From NCBI GenBank assembly GCA_000182565.2, contig KQ257452.1: 64,000 bases of DNA. One strand, given 5' to 3'. This DNA comes from Spizellomyces punctatus DAOM BR117. Its lineage: Eukaryota. The notes beneath the pieces are model-generated. The model worked only from the letters and a program-made list of their open reading frames with translations. It had not been told where the DNA came from and ran no database searches. Positions 1 to 12,000 of this stretch are shown one piece after another. The number at the start of each line of letters is the position of its first letter. Position 1 is the stretch's first letter. The translations under genes and the position numbers were made by a program.

Positions 1-690
1 AGCCTCGTCCAACTGATTTGAGGAAACTCCGATATCAAATAGTATGCCATCGAGACAAGGACCACTGTGAATTAAGATACGAAAACTGAACTTGACTTAA
101 AAGTTGGATTAGAGGAGAGATTCTTACTGTAGATTCACATTGTGTTGGAGAAGGGAAACTAGATCGCCAAACTATGTTTGAGAATGCATATTCAGATTTA
201 ATCCGCTCGTGAAATACGGTCGTTGCTTTACCTTTCCCTGTATTGGGATGATCCGATCTCTACTTCGACCGTCAGCCATATCAGAATTACAGAGCCTATA
301 AAGTTCATACGTACCTGTAAGCGGCACTATTCGCAAGATCGACTGCTCGCTCATATGCAAGGGGATCTTGATCAATGGCAACCACCTTACAATCCAGCCT
401 ATCTAGCTTTCGAAACACATGCACAAGTAGCGGCATTGTGGAGGTCATTAAAAAATCTCATTGGGTTAACAGGCCTACGACCACCCACCTAGCAACTTTT
501 TCGTATACCCTCCGTCCCCAAACGTCGCATCACAAAAGAGTCTCGTGCCTTCCTTGTTCTCTGAAGCGGAGCGGATTTGGTGCAGGGCCTCTTCCAAAAG
601 AACTGGGACATGACGCTGGGTGTGAACGTATGCCTTGCATCTGCTGAAAAGATGCTTTGGGCACAGTCTCTGGAGTGGACGGGAAAACAT
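1..690 (-). CDS. RsmH/MraW-family rRNA m4C methyltransferase (METTL15-like, probably mitochondrial); multi-exon, 3' part runs off the window
   Basis: Spliced exons give HVPVLLEE..., FCDATFGDGGY, VVAIDQDP and DGILFDIGVSSNQLD (1-57), all MraW motifs. ATG at 690 is followed by an Arg/Leu-rich presequence-like N-terminus. Confidence 0.9.
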
Positions 691-931
691 CGCCTCGGTG
701 GAAGGCAGGTCAAAATCCAACTCGAACGCGCTTCTGTTGACGTGACTCACCATGACGCATTACCAGATATCACGGGATACTCACGTGAGCACCTTCTTGG
801 GCTTTCAAACTGACAGCCGAGCTGCTCGGATTTCTTCCCTCTTCAGATCGCGGCTACGGCACATCGAAATGGTAAGTAGGACGATTATTGATAGTTGGCC
901 GAGAGGAGTCTTGAAGCAGAACCGCACGGAA

Positions 932-998
932 GGGATGGATGGAGGGGCAGATGGATGGATGGACGAATGGAGCGATGGATGGATGGATATGCAATGGA
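932..998 (+). repeat. Degenerate (GGAT)n microsatellite
   Basis: Repeated ggatggat units are visible in the sequence. Confidence 0.7.
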
Positions 999-1236
999 TA
1001 GTCTGTTGCTTGTCGACCATGGCGATTCGTCCAGAGACATCTCTGAAGGTGCCCCTCCACCTTGTTCAGGTTCCCGCGTATGAGACTCTGGCCTCTCGTT
1101 GATGTCGATGCATACGCGGCAACCGTAGGGACTACGTATCCCTAGTGCGCCCGCAAAGTGCAGATACATAACGAACTAGAGATCTCATGCTTCTGTTCTC
1201 TTTGAATACGCATTATTTACAAGAAAGTGTCAAAGT

Positions 1237-3860
1237 CTAAATAAGATCAATATCCCTGGTGTCCATATCTTCCGGCACATCTGTCGCATCCCGCTGTTTG
1301 GGTGCTTTGGCCGTTGTCAAGAATGGCAGTATATGATGGTTGAAATAATCCGCCAGTGCGTTCGCGAGGGTGCAGATTCCGCTGTGCGGTTGATTATACG
1401 TGAAGCAATTCGAGATAATGTTTCGGAAATCTTTGATGAAGCCGTCCAAATTATACTCGCCCGCTTGCACCTTCGTGCGCATTGTAAGAAGGTCCATCGG
1501 CTCCCGTATAAGTTCATAATACCCTGGCGCCACCAATGGATTCACAGGCGCTACGAAGGGGGCTGAAGACTTGTGATTGATCAGCATTACTAGCGCTTCC
1601 TTCATTGAAAGAGTCGTAGTCTCAGGGACTTCTGAGACAATATCCTACAAGGGTACAACTTTAGTACAGTTCCAGTATGCAAGACGATATGAAAGGTACT
1701 CCCTCATGCAATGTCATCTCACTCGCGTCCATATTGGTATCACGGGAACCCCATATGTAGATATCATGGTTTGCTTAGTGCGCAACCAGTCACTTTGTAA
1801 TGAAGGCCAGATAACCCATTGATGCACCAGTTAGCTCATAGAGCGTATGCAAGGATGTACCTCCTAAGGCTGATTGCACGCAAATGATAACTACGGGCGT
1901 GATACCGGACAGGAGAAGACACTCGCGAAGTTTCCTAGAACTATAACAATCAGAGTACGCAGTAAACAAAAACAATTACGCACCTTTGCCACAGTTTTCC
2001 TCTTCTTTCTAGCCGGAGGATTTGCACAATCGTCCATCTCCTCTGCTCCGTTCTCCACAACAACCCGTCTTCGCACCCTGATGGGCCTTTCACAGGCTTC
2101 GGCCTCGCTATCTACAGTATTGTTGGAGCCGAGGTCGCCGACTTTTAGATGGGTTTTGGTTATGCGGTTGGGGTTTTCAACATTCCAGGAAGAGGAAGCA
2201 GCTTCATCGTCGTCATCGTATTCTTCACTGCTATACGCTACTCGGCGGGGTGTTGTCGGAGAAGGTTCCTCCTCATCATTGCTATATTCCACCCGGCGGC
2301 GTGGTTTCGGGTTTTCAACTGATTTTCCCACAATGCTGCCTCCCAGACCATTCATCACCTCCTTAACATCCTTCCGTTCCCACACGGCGTTCAGCAGAAG
2401 GTAGATCAGTTCTAGGGCTTTACAATCATCATCCGGCCGGTGGAATTCGAGATTATAGCCGGGGAACAAAATGGGGGAAATATAATCCAGCCGAAGAGAA
2501 GGAAAATAACCGTCTAGCACATGGGTAATCGACGCGGCGGCATTCACGCTCATGCCCCTGGGTTTCGGTCGCCAAATTGCTTGTGCAGACCAAAATGGGT
2601 TAAAGAACGACCAGTGCGTGGGAATCTCGCCATATTTGTCAGTGTATATACGTGTCAAAATGTTCTTATCAACGTCGTTCGTAGACCACGAAACAAATAC
2701 ACAAGTGTCGTGCAGAAACTGCTTATGCCACAGGGTAGCTAAGTCCGATTCAGAAAATCTCGTTCCATGGACGTTGATGTACTGAGACTGAGCCGGCTTA
2801 TGGAGTATTTTCCAGCCCACATGATACGGCCTGACATCTTCGTGTTTCATTCTCGCCTTCATAAATGCCCACTCGAAGTCAAAGAAGATGATCTTCTTAT
2901 TATCAGTTGGGGGCACAAATGTTACTGTCCGCATGCGTCTTTGGACTTCGGTCGGATAATGTAGGAGATCCAGATAGGTGTAAGGAGGAGTAAATTTAGG
3001 CACCCACACCGGCCGAGAATCTGCAGACTGACTCTTCAAGTTCGGACGCCGACCATTCCAACTGGGCAAGCATGCCTTACAGTAATGATAATTCCCGTAC
3101 AGGAGCAGATCCAACACAGCAGGACAACGAAGGCATCTAACGGCATCCTGCGACTCTTTGTTTCGGCGCTCACGTGCATCTCTTCTTTGAATATGGCACT
3201 CTTTGCAGTAATAAAGTTTTCCGCCCTTAGTCAACGCTCCGACCTGGTCGGGCTCGTAACCACAATTTCCGCAAACTTTCCCTTCTTGAGCCAATAAGGA
3301 AAATTCCTTCGCTTCCTTGTCACAACCCTCACATCTATGATGTTTGCCGACCTTTATCAGAGGCCCCACAACCTTCGTGGACTTGGAACACCGATAACAG
3401 ATCTTCCCCTCTTGGGAGAGTCGCGAATGCTTGGCATATCCCTCTTTGGTAGCTGGGAGTCGTGCTACGAATGAAGGACTATGAGACCACGATCATAAAA
3501 GTCAAACAACAAAAGGATGAAGGATCGATAAAGAAGCATATATGTACTTAACCGTCGTAGTTACGTATTCATCTCGCGCTCGTGATTGTGACCTTTGCAA
3601 TGTGCAGTTCAACTGGCGGCGTCTGGCAGATGAGCTTGCAACCAAATTGCATATCATGCCGCGCTTCCGAAAATTCGGGGGCAATCAATGAAAGGAGGCT
3701 CAACAGCACGCTCATCCTAACCGCCAGTATGGTCGAGGGACTGCAGATTCGTCACCGAGCAGTGAAATGTAACTATATGGGGGTAGCAAGCTTGCCGTGG
3801 GGTGGTTCTGTGACTGAAATATTTACCAGCAGGGCGTTTGCTTGGCTTTGTCTTGGGCAT
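1237..3860 (-). CDS. Putative zinc-ribbon repeat / DEDDh exonuclease / bromodomain protein (multi-exon; start uncertain)
   Basis: The large exon (~1984-3460) has CxxC pairs and Exo motifs IIFFDFEW, SWSTNDVD and FHRPDDD. The last exon (1237-1644) is a bromodomain (PFVAPVNP..PGYYELIREPMDL..NCFTYN). GT-AG introns join them in frame. Confidence 0.65.
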
Positions 3861-4208
3861 TGTGAAGCAATGAACGGCGATATTAAGTGCTGCGAGGATG
3901 GATGTTGGCACTTGGGTGTGTGGGAAACGGTGCACGCAGTTGGTTTCCTTGTCTGAACCTGTGTGAAGCTGGTGAGCTGTGGTGTTTCGTTAAACCTTGC
4001 AGGGCTTTTTACTTTACACTCTAAGATGCATGAGGAGCTGTGGAGCAAATGGTGAGAGTGGCTGGTTAATCAATATGGACTCTTATGGAAGATCACGTGG
4101 CAATTCCCGAAGAAAAAAGACCATATAAACAGACCTCTTTCTGCCTTCTGCCTTCTTCCCTCTTCACTCTTGCCCTTCAATCTGCGTACGGCTCGGCTCT
4201 CTAACAAC

Positions 4209-5514
4209 ATGAGCCACAGGAAGGCAAGTTTTCCAATGGTATTTAAATAAAGAGAATGCAACTAATTATTGTAATATGTATGGGCTTCGCATAGTTCGAA
4301 CACCCCCGTACGGGTTCCCTTGGTTTCCTGCCGCGTAAGCGTGCCAGGCGTCACCGGGGAAAGGTGAAGTCCTTCCCCAAGGATGATCCCTCGAAGCCCG
4401 TCCACCTTACGGCCTTCCTCGGTTACAAGGCGGGTATGACCCACATTGTTCGTGACTTGGACCGTCCTGGATCAAGTAAGCTGTTTGAAGCAAGCTTCAT
4501 ATAATGGAGGTCATGTTGGTAACAAAAAAACTCTTAACAGAGATGCACAAGAAGGAGGTCGTCGAGGCTGTGTCCATCATCGAGACACCTCCCATGGTCA
4601 TCGTTGGTGTGGTTGGTTACGTTGAGACTCCCCGCGGTCTCCGCTCCTTGGCTACCGTGTGGGCTGAGCACCTGAGTGATGAGGTGAAGCGTCGCTTCTA
4701 CAAGAACTGGTACCGCTCCAAGAAGAAGGCTTTCACCAAGTACGCCAAGAAGTACGCCGACGGAGGCAAGCCCATTGCCCAGCAGCTTGAGCGTATTAAG
4801 AAGTACTGCCAGGTTGTGCGTGTCATTGCCCACACCCAGATTCGCAAGGTTAAGATCGGTCAGAAGAAGGCCCACGTCATGGAGATCCAGCTCAACGGTG
4901 GCTCCGTCGCCGACAAGGTCAACTGGGCCAAGGAGCACTTCGAAAAGACTGTCGATGTCAGCTCTATCTTCGAACAGGATGAGATGATCGATATTATCGG
5001 TGTTACAAAGGGTCACGGTTTCGAGGGTGTCACTCACCGTTGGGGTACTAAGAAGCTTCCCCGTAAGACTCACAAGGGTCTCCGTAAGGTCGCTTGTATT
5101 GGTGCATGGCACCCGTCCCGAGTCATGTACTCGGTTCCTCGTGCTGGTCAGGACGGTTACCACCACCGTACTGAAATGAACAAGAAGATCTACCGTGTCG
5201 GCAAGGCTGGTGACAAGAACAGCGGTGCCACCGAGTACGACCTTACCCAAAAGACGATCACCCCTCTTGGTGGTTTCCCCCACTACGGTATCGTCAACGA
5301 GGACTGGATCATGGTTAAGGGATCCACCCCTGGTGTTAAGAAGAGGGTTCTTACTCTTCGCAAGTCTCTCCTGGTCCACACCAAGCGTTCGGCTTTGGAG
5401 AAGGTGCAGCTCAAGTTCGTCGACACCTCTTCCAAGTTCGGACACGGTCGTTTCCAGACTGCCAGCGAGAAGGCTTCCTTCTTCGGTACCCGCAAGAAGG
5501 ACATCCAGGCTTAG
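4209..5514 (+). CDS. RPL3: 60S ribosomal protein L3 (uL3), 3 exons
   Basis: [21 protein letters not shown]...[16 protein letters not shown]...KFGHGRFQT. Introns at 4224-4294 (GC-AG) and 4476-4540. Strong codon bias. Confidence 0.99.
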
Positions 5515-6036
5515 GAAGTTTTCATTTGTGTTCATTTACTTATGCGGTGACGGTTAGCCGGTTCCTTTGACCTAATAATAAAAGTGCCTGGCTTGGTGTA
5601 CATATTTGTTCCTTATTCTCAGCGTGCTGTTTATATTGGCAAGCAATTTTGTCTAACCGTCGGTGAAACCCTTGTGCATTTGCTTAGGCAGCTATACTGT
5701 ACAAATGTGGGCTGCTCCAAGATGTCGCTCTTCAGAAAGTTTATGATCGTATGCGCATTCGAAAACGAATTGTTTCTATGGTTGCATCGAAGCGGGTTCA
5801 ACAGGAACCGAATGATCAGACCAATTTAGCTCTTGGCACACAAATCCAGACTTGGTTCAAATCGAGGTATGGTTGGATGATGGGCAAATTCATTCGAAGC
5901 CGCACTAAGCCGGATTTGAGCCAATTGTGCTGTGCCACACTTGCAGTGTGGGGCAATTCGACACTCGTCGCATCTACTGGTGTTCCATGCAATACATTCA
6001 TCTTTCATCACATTTGGTTCAATTCTTACTGCCAAT

Positions 6037-6727
6037 ATGAGAGTTACCCGTCTATTCATTAATACAGCTCTGGAATTCCACCCCTACCGCCGCCCTGCCA
6101 TCCCGACTGTTCCTATATGGCGCCCCTTCTGTCGTCTATTGCACACAACGCACATTGCAAGGGCGGAACATGGGAGCAACAGCAGCTCGCCGGACATGAC
6201 TGCCGTACTACAAGAATTATCAAAGAACCCAAAAGCCATGGCGATTTTCCAAGCCATCCAGCGTGACCCTCGGTTACTGAATGAGGTTCAGTCTTTGGGG
6301 TTACTCCTACATAGCAAAGGATTCATTGACCCATCAAATCCTGTCAAACAGCCGGGTTAGTTTACCTTTCCACCAGTCCACCTAGATTTGAGGATAATTT
6401 TCTGTACTTGTACTTTAAAACTTGTTGATTCAATCTAACCTCGGACTGACTTGATCTCTACGTCCAGGTCCTCTCATTATGATGCGGATGTTTGCTGATG
6501 GCTCGATTCGGTCCAAAATGCTGAATGTTGCCAAACTTCTGACAGAAGCGGGCGCATTGGATGCCAATGGAAAGCCCGTGGATATGGCTAATGTAATGCA
6601 AATCATGATGGGTGGTAGTCCTCCGCCACCCGAAGCAGTTAAACGTTTAGACGGGGAAGGCAGTGAAAAGGGCACACGAGAGGATGAAGGATTAGGTGGA
6701 AAGATTAAGGGCTTTTTTAAAAAGTAA
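6037..6727 (+). CDS. Hypothetical protein, probably mitochondrial, 2 exons
   Basis: Arg-rich presequence-like start (MRVTRLF...RLLHTT), an STI1-like helical segment (ELSKNPKAMAIFQAIQRDPRLL), and a GT-AG intron at ~6356-6467 joining two ORFs. Confidence 0.7.
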
Positions 6728-6947
6728 TACACTTTCATAAACATGCACACCTAAGTCGGAGAATTATTCCGGTATATCCGTACTCGAATTTGGCACAGGG
6801 TCACATCCTATTGAAAATCCTCCGATAAGTCGGCTGGGATTAATATGCGCATCTGAGGTCTGCAATTCTTTTCTGGAGGTGAAAGCAAACAAAGGCTGTC
6901 ATACCTTCCTTGGGCCTATATATAACAATTAACACTCGGGCAACTAT

Positions 6948-8739
6948 ATGATGGCCACCACTCTCCAAGCACCCGCTCTTCACACTCGCTCCACTATCGC
7001 ACTCTCCTTAAAGGACCACTCATCCCTCCCCTCTCTTCCGAGTGCCGAAACCGACATTATATCTCACTGGCGTTCAATTGAATGTAACCCACGACACAAA
7101 GACTGTATTTTATCTGCGCCCTCTCAATTGGATGCAAACGATGTCACCGCTACACCATACATCATCTGCTCCAGAGGAGCTTCACGGAATCCCAAACACT
7201 TCTATTGTACAGCTTATGCGACGACGCATAATACCAAATACTTCAAAAAAGCTGGTGGAGATGTTCGCACGACACGTACGCCCAGCCATCTGCAGAAACC
7301 GAGGACCGGATATTCGATAAACGTTATACCATATGTGGAATACGATAGATCGGTGGATGAGGGACCTGAGTTCAAGTAAGAACATCTCCGTCAAAGCAAA
7401 ACTTATTTTATATTGCCCGTAACATTCTTTGCATAATAGTATAAAGGAACCCTTTGGAACATCTCACAAGAATCACTATAAGGCACCCACCACCGTTTCC
7501 CCGCAAAGCGGTGAGATCTCCACGCTGATCGATTCTGGTTTCACTCGAATGCCACCAAAATATAACGTTACCACTGACGGGACGGTAAGGATAAAGTAAT
7601 TTTCGAAAGACCGGCTGCCCATGCCTCATCCCAACTTTTTGGCAATTAGGCGCGGGGAAATATGACAAGTACCATGAAATCTAGTTATGACTCCAGTCGA
7701 CTCTCCTACAAGGGTCCTCAATTCGATAAAGACAAAGTTACACCTTCTGGCAGTGCCTACATTAGCAACAGCGGTCAGATTCAGGAGCTCGGTACCGACA
7801 ATGATGTTGGAAGGTTTGAGGTGCGTCCAATCTAATTCCATCAGCGCTTTCGACCTCTAAAAGTCTATTCGCTCTACCCAGCGCTCCAATCGTAATCCCC
7901 CAACCGAGGGGGATTGGCGAAATTATAATACAAGTCATATGGTCGAAGACGGATACACTCGATCACATCACGCTAATATCCTAGGTCGCGACGATCCTGC
8001 TGATATACTTTCCGCAAAAGATCAAGAAAGAATTAGGAAGACTGATCCAACACGATGGATGCAGGTGCAGGACCCTAATGCTTGGATGAGCACGTCCAGG
8101 TAAGATATCCAAGACGATCCATGTTCCATATATATTAGCCAAGTTGGTGTTTACTTGCTGAAAAACTATAGAATGGTACACCGTCCCTTTCACCCCCTCT
8201 ACGAGACAATGACGGCCCTCAAGTCGCCCGGCACAAAAGTCGGCAACAAAGAACCGCAGGGAAGTGTCCGAAACAACCCGGTATACCTAAATGGCGTCGA
8301 AATCGACCCGAGACAGCGATTTTCGACCGAAACGGGTGACAGGTAACCAAGTTTGCAAGTGTTTTGGATCTATCTGAAGGTTAATAGACTCACATTTTTG
8401 TATGCAAGATACACGTATTCGATGCCGAGATTCACACCTGGCACCTTCCCAAAGATTGACGGGGTGGCGAAATCTACCGGTTTCACTCGAGGCAATAAGT
8501 TTGAATACACATTCGACGTGCCAAACGATGCAGAATCAGTATGTTGTTAGGTTCACCATTTATGCTTCCAGGAGAAAACAGCTGATATCCTCTTTCCGTT
8601 CATTTAGCAGGCTCAACTGCACCCAATGCAGGCATGTGCTCGTCGACAAGCTGACCGAGGCACATTCTCTGTAAAGCCAACGCAAGTCAAATTTGGAGAA
8701 GCAGCAGGCAATGTCTGTGATTGCGGCTGTGGCTGTTGA
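6948..8739 (+). CDS. Probable flagellar microtubule inner protein, PPP1R32/IIIG9/SAXO4-like, multi-exon
   Basis: Spliced exons with repeated SGFTR/STGFTR motifs and a C-terminal LHPMQACARRQAD motif. TATA-like tatatataa at ~6917. Confidence 0.55.
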
Positions 8740-9047
8740 GAAGTGCAATCCATTGGCGAATAAGATCCTTTTTCGGCCCTGTTGTAAGGAATTGGCCAAG
8801 TTGTCCAGTGTTCACTCAAGAAAATGGTTGTTAGAGTTGCACCCTGAAGGTTTGCTTAGAAGGAACATCTGCAAATTCTTTCCGACATGAAACATCTATT
8901 CACATTTCGATCTCAATTGAGGGTTGGGTGATAATGACCCAATGTCCAGCTGTCCAGCTGTCAAATAATAATAAATAATTACAGAATGAAAAGTTTGCCC
9001 ACAGATAACCAGTACATGTCGTTTGCATCCATCTCCCATCATCTAGC

Positions 9048-12000
9048 TCACGAGAGTTGTAAAGCCCACCCAACGACCTCCCCTAATATCTCAAATCCGT
9101 TGCACCTGGCGATGCTCCCAAAAACCACCATTCGTCTCATGAAATCATTTGTCACATATTCCCCCACCATCGTACCTCGACATCTCTCACACTCTTCTTT
9201 CATATCCTCTGCTTTGACATAGCGACATCGGGTACATCGAATATTTTGATGCTGCCACGCTTCGAGTCGTTTTTGAGCAATATCCAAAAGTCGCTGCTCA
9301 ATGGATGCTTTATCGTACTCTGTTTCGCAGCAGGGACATGTCCATGCTCCAACTGCGCCTTCATCTGGAATTCCCTCTTCTTCACCATTATCACCATCAT
9401 CGTTGACTCTCCGGGGTAAAAGATCCTTGTCGCGGGTCAAATCCAGATCGCGGCAATGATTGCAATATTCACAGATAACCTGCGGAAGCTTGAACGGTTC
9501 GCATGGATTCACAAAATTTGTACCTTCGCCAAACTCCTTGACATCAATCAGCTTCAGCAGATTTTGCTTGAGGGTGCGCACCTCTCGCTCATTCCAGGTG
9601 TCCAAGGCTAGGACCGCACAGACAAATTTGACAAACTCTAAGGCTGGATTCGTCATCGTCAAATGAGAACCAGGAAGAAGGGGAAAATCGTATGCTCCCG
9701 GATTACGCTTAGCCTCAACATGGTGGACAATGTCTGGCACCACTTTCAACAAGTTTCGCTTTACGGTGGTATTAAGCAGCTCCCTTAGAAATTGCGTCAA
9801 AGGATGCCGATCGCCGTCGCGGACACTGCCAGCGACCCCGGTCTCCAGCATCTTCTGCTTGAAGTTGAGTACTTCAAAGACATACTCGGCCACTGTTTTC
9901 ATGAACTTTTGCTGAACCGCTGGCGGAAGATAGTCGCACATATTCCATTCCATGTCAGCCATCAGACTCGGTTGTATTTTCGTGCTACTCTCTTCCGTAT
10001 CTTGTTTCTTATCATCCAACCCTAGACGTCGACCCTCATGCAATAGCTCCTCTGGGTTTTCGCAAATGATACCTCCGAAATTGTGCGGATCCATCCACAT
10101 CAGGAAACCCCAATATCTCTCCACCTTCAACTCTAAGGTCTCAAACATTGGCTTCCGCGTAATGGCGTCGGTAATGTACGTCCCATAGACCACCCCGTTA
10201 ACAAACTCCACTTTTGTAGTTGCAATGACAACTTTGTCAAAAGTAGCGTAGACAACTTTACTTCCCAGGCGCTTGAACTCGGACATCAGTTCCACGAACA
10301 CGCGGCGCATAAGGCTATGAATAATGGTATGCAAAACTGGGTCGAACATGCGAGACGCAGGAGAGGTGATCCATCTATAAAGATGTTCAAGCATATACGA
10401 TGCTAGTCGGTTCCTTCTCCGGACGTCATCCGCCCAGCCCATCACCATGGACTTCAAAATGCTGAATGTTAAGGGCGAAAGCTCATCCCCATTCGAACCT
10501 GGATCTCGAACAATATTGCTCCCTTCCTCTGTCCCTTTGGTATAATCATCCATCAGGTGCCCAACGGCCTGTACTCCGTTTCCACCCAAAGCGGCTCCAC
10601 CTCCTTCAATCTCGCCCATCAATCCAGATTGCATAAAGGTATTCATCGTCAAATCCCAAACTGACAGCTCAATGCACACAGTCTCATAGCATCCTGGGAT
10701 GTTGATTTCTGGATTGATGAGTTCATCCAACTCGAATCGGTGGTCGTCCTGTTCGCATCCGCCTAGATCCGGTACATCAGATGCAGAGTACCATAACACC
10801 ATATCGGCCCTCTTGAGTCGCCTGGCGAATCCAAGATCCGCAAGGAACGTGGTATAATCTTGCGAGATATTGCAGACCGGCACATCCGCATATCGCGAAA
10901 GCGCTATGCGTTCTTTCAAAAAGTCGTTCAGATTCAAAAAATGCGACAGCATCCTTTTGCACACGTATTGCTGCCACCCCAGTGTAGGGAAGTTTGTATC
11001 TTTTTTATGTGTCGGTAACGTGATGATGGGGAAGTCGAAGATGACCGAAATGCCGTCCATTTGCAACTGTTTTGCGGTCTTCACAGCCTGCAGAGCAAGG
11101 ACAGTGGCACCACGGCGTTGTTGCTGATACTCCCGCAATGAGCGATTGATGGCAATTATAGCTTCGACTTCTGTCGCATACAAGGTGGCCGTAATGTCAA
11201 TATCATCTGCGTATTCGATTGCATCAGATTCCGCCATATTATCCACCTGGGTCTGCCTAAACGGTTGAGAACTAGAATAGCCCCCAGTTTTCGTCTCACT
11301 CTTCCTTTCCGCATACATCTTGGATAAGTTTGGTATGGCGTCCCTGTTCCTTGCTTGGTCAACGACAAAAACCCATCCCTTCTTCATGACCGTCGAAAAT
11401 AGTCCGAAAAACTTTCGGTTACCATTCGAAGTTTGAAACAAGTAAAGATAATGGATCTTGACATCTGCCGGCAAGTATGGCGTATGCGAATCAATGGCCT
11501 TGTGAATCACTTCGTCCAGTTCGAAGCCCTGGTCTAATCCACGCCCGCTCAAGATCCTCTGGCGGTCTACATTAGCCACGCAGCCTAGTCTTATCAACGC
11601 ACGGAATAGAAGGGGGACCTGCATTTCATACACCCCTTCGATTTCCTGGTGATCCGACATAGCCGCAAATAAGGCGGAGTTCTCCCGGTAAAACGGCTCA
11701 GCCATCGTCATCTCGTAAAGAAACAAACACGGGTGACATCGCGGCAGTGTTCGCACCCGTCTAACCATTTTTACACCGACCTTTTCAGTATTCTCATCGG
11801 GATCAGGTATCCGACTGTTGACGTAAAATATTCGGGGTACACTCAGTTTGATGGAATGAAGGTCGCCCTGGACGAGTGCCCACACTCGAAAATCACCTGG
11901 AATATCAGTCTCGGCAATCTCTAAAATCTGCCATGAAGACGCCAAGATATTTCTCGCTTGCTGCCGGAGGAATCCCTGGACACCGCGTGGGTCGGTCTTT

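Noticed and set aside
1040-1080. TPP riboswitch-like GAACCTGA on the minus strand
   Set aside because: Lacks the CUGAGA and AAU..AGCG elements, and no thiamine gene is adjacent.
4534-5535. 333-aa antisense ORF over RPL3
   Set aside because: Shadow frame caused by the strong codon bias of RPL3; no recognisable motifs.
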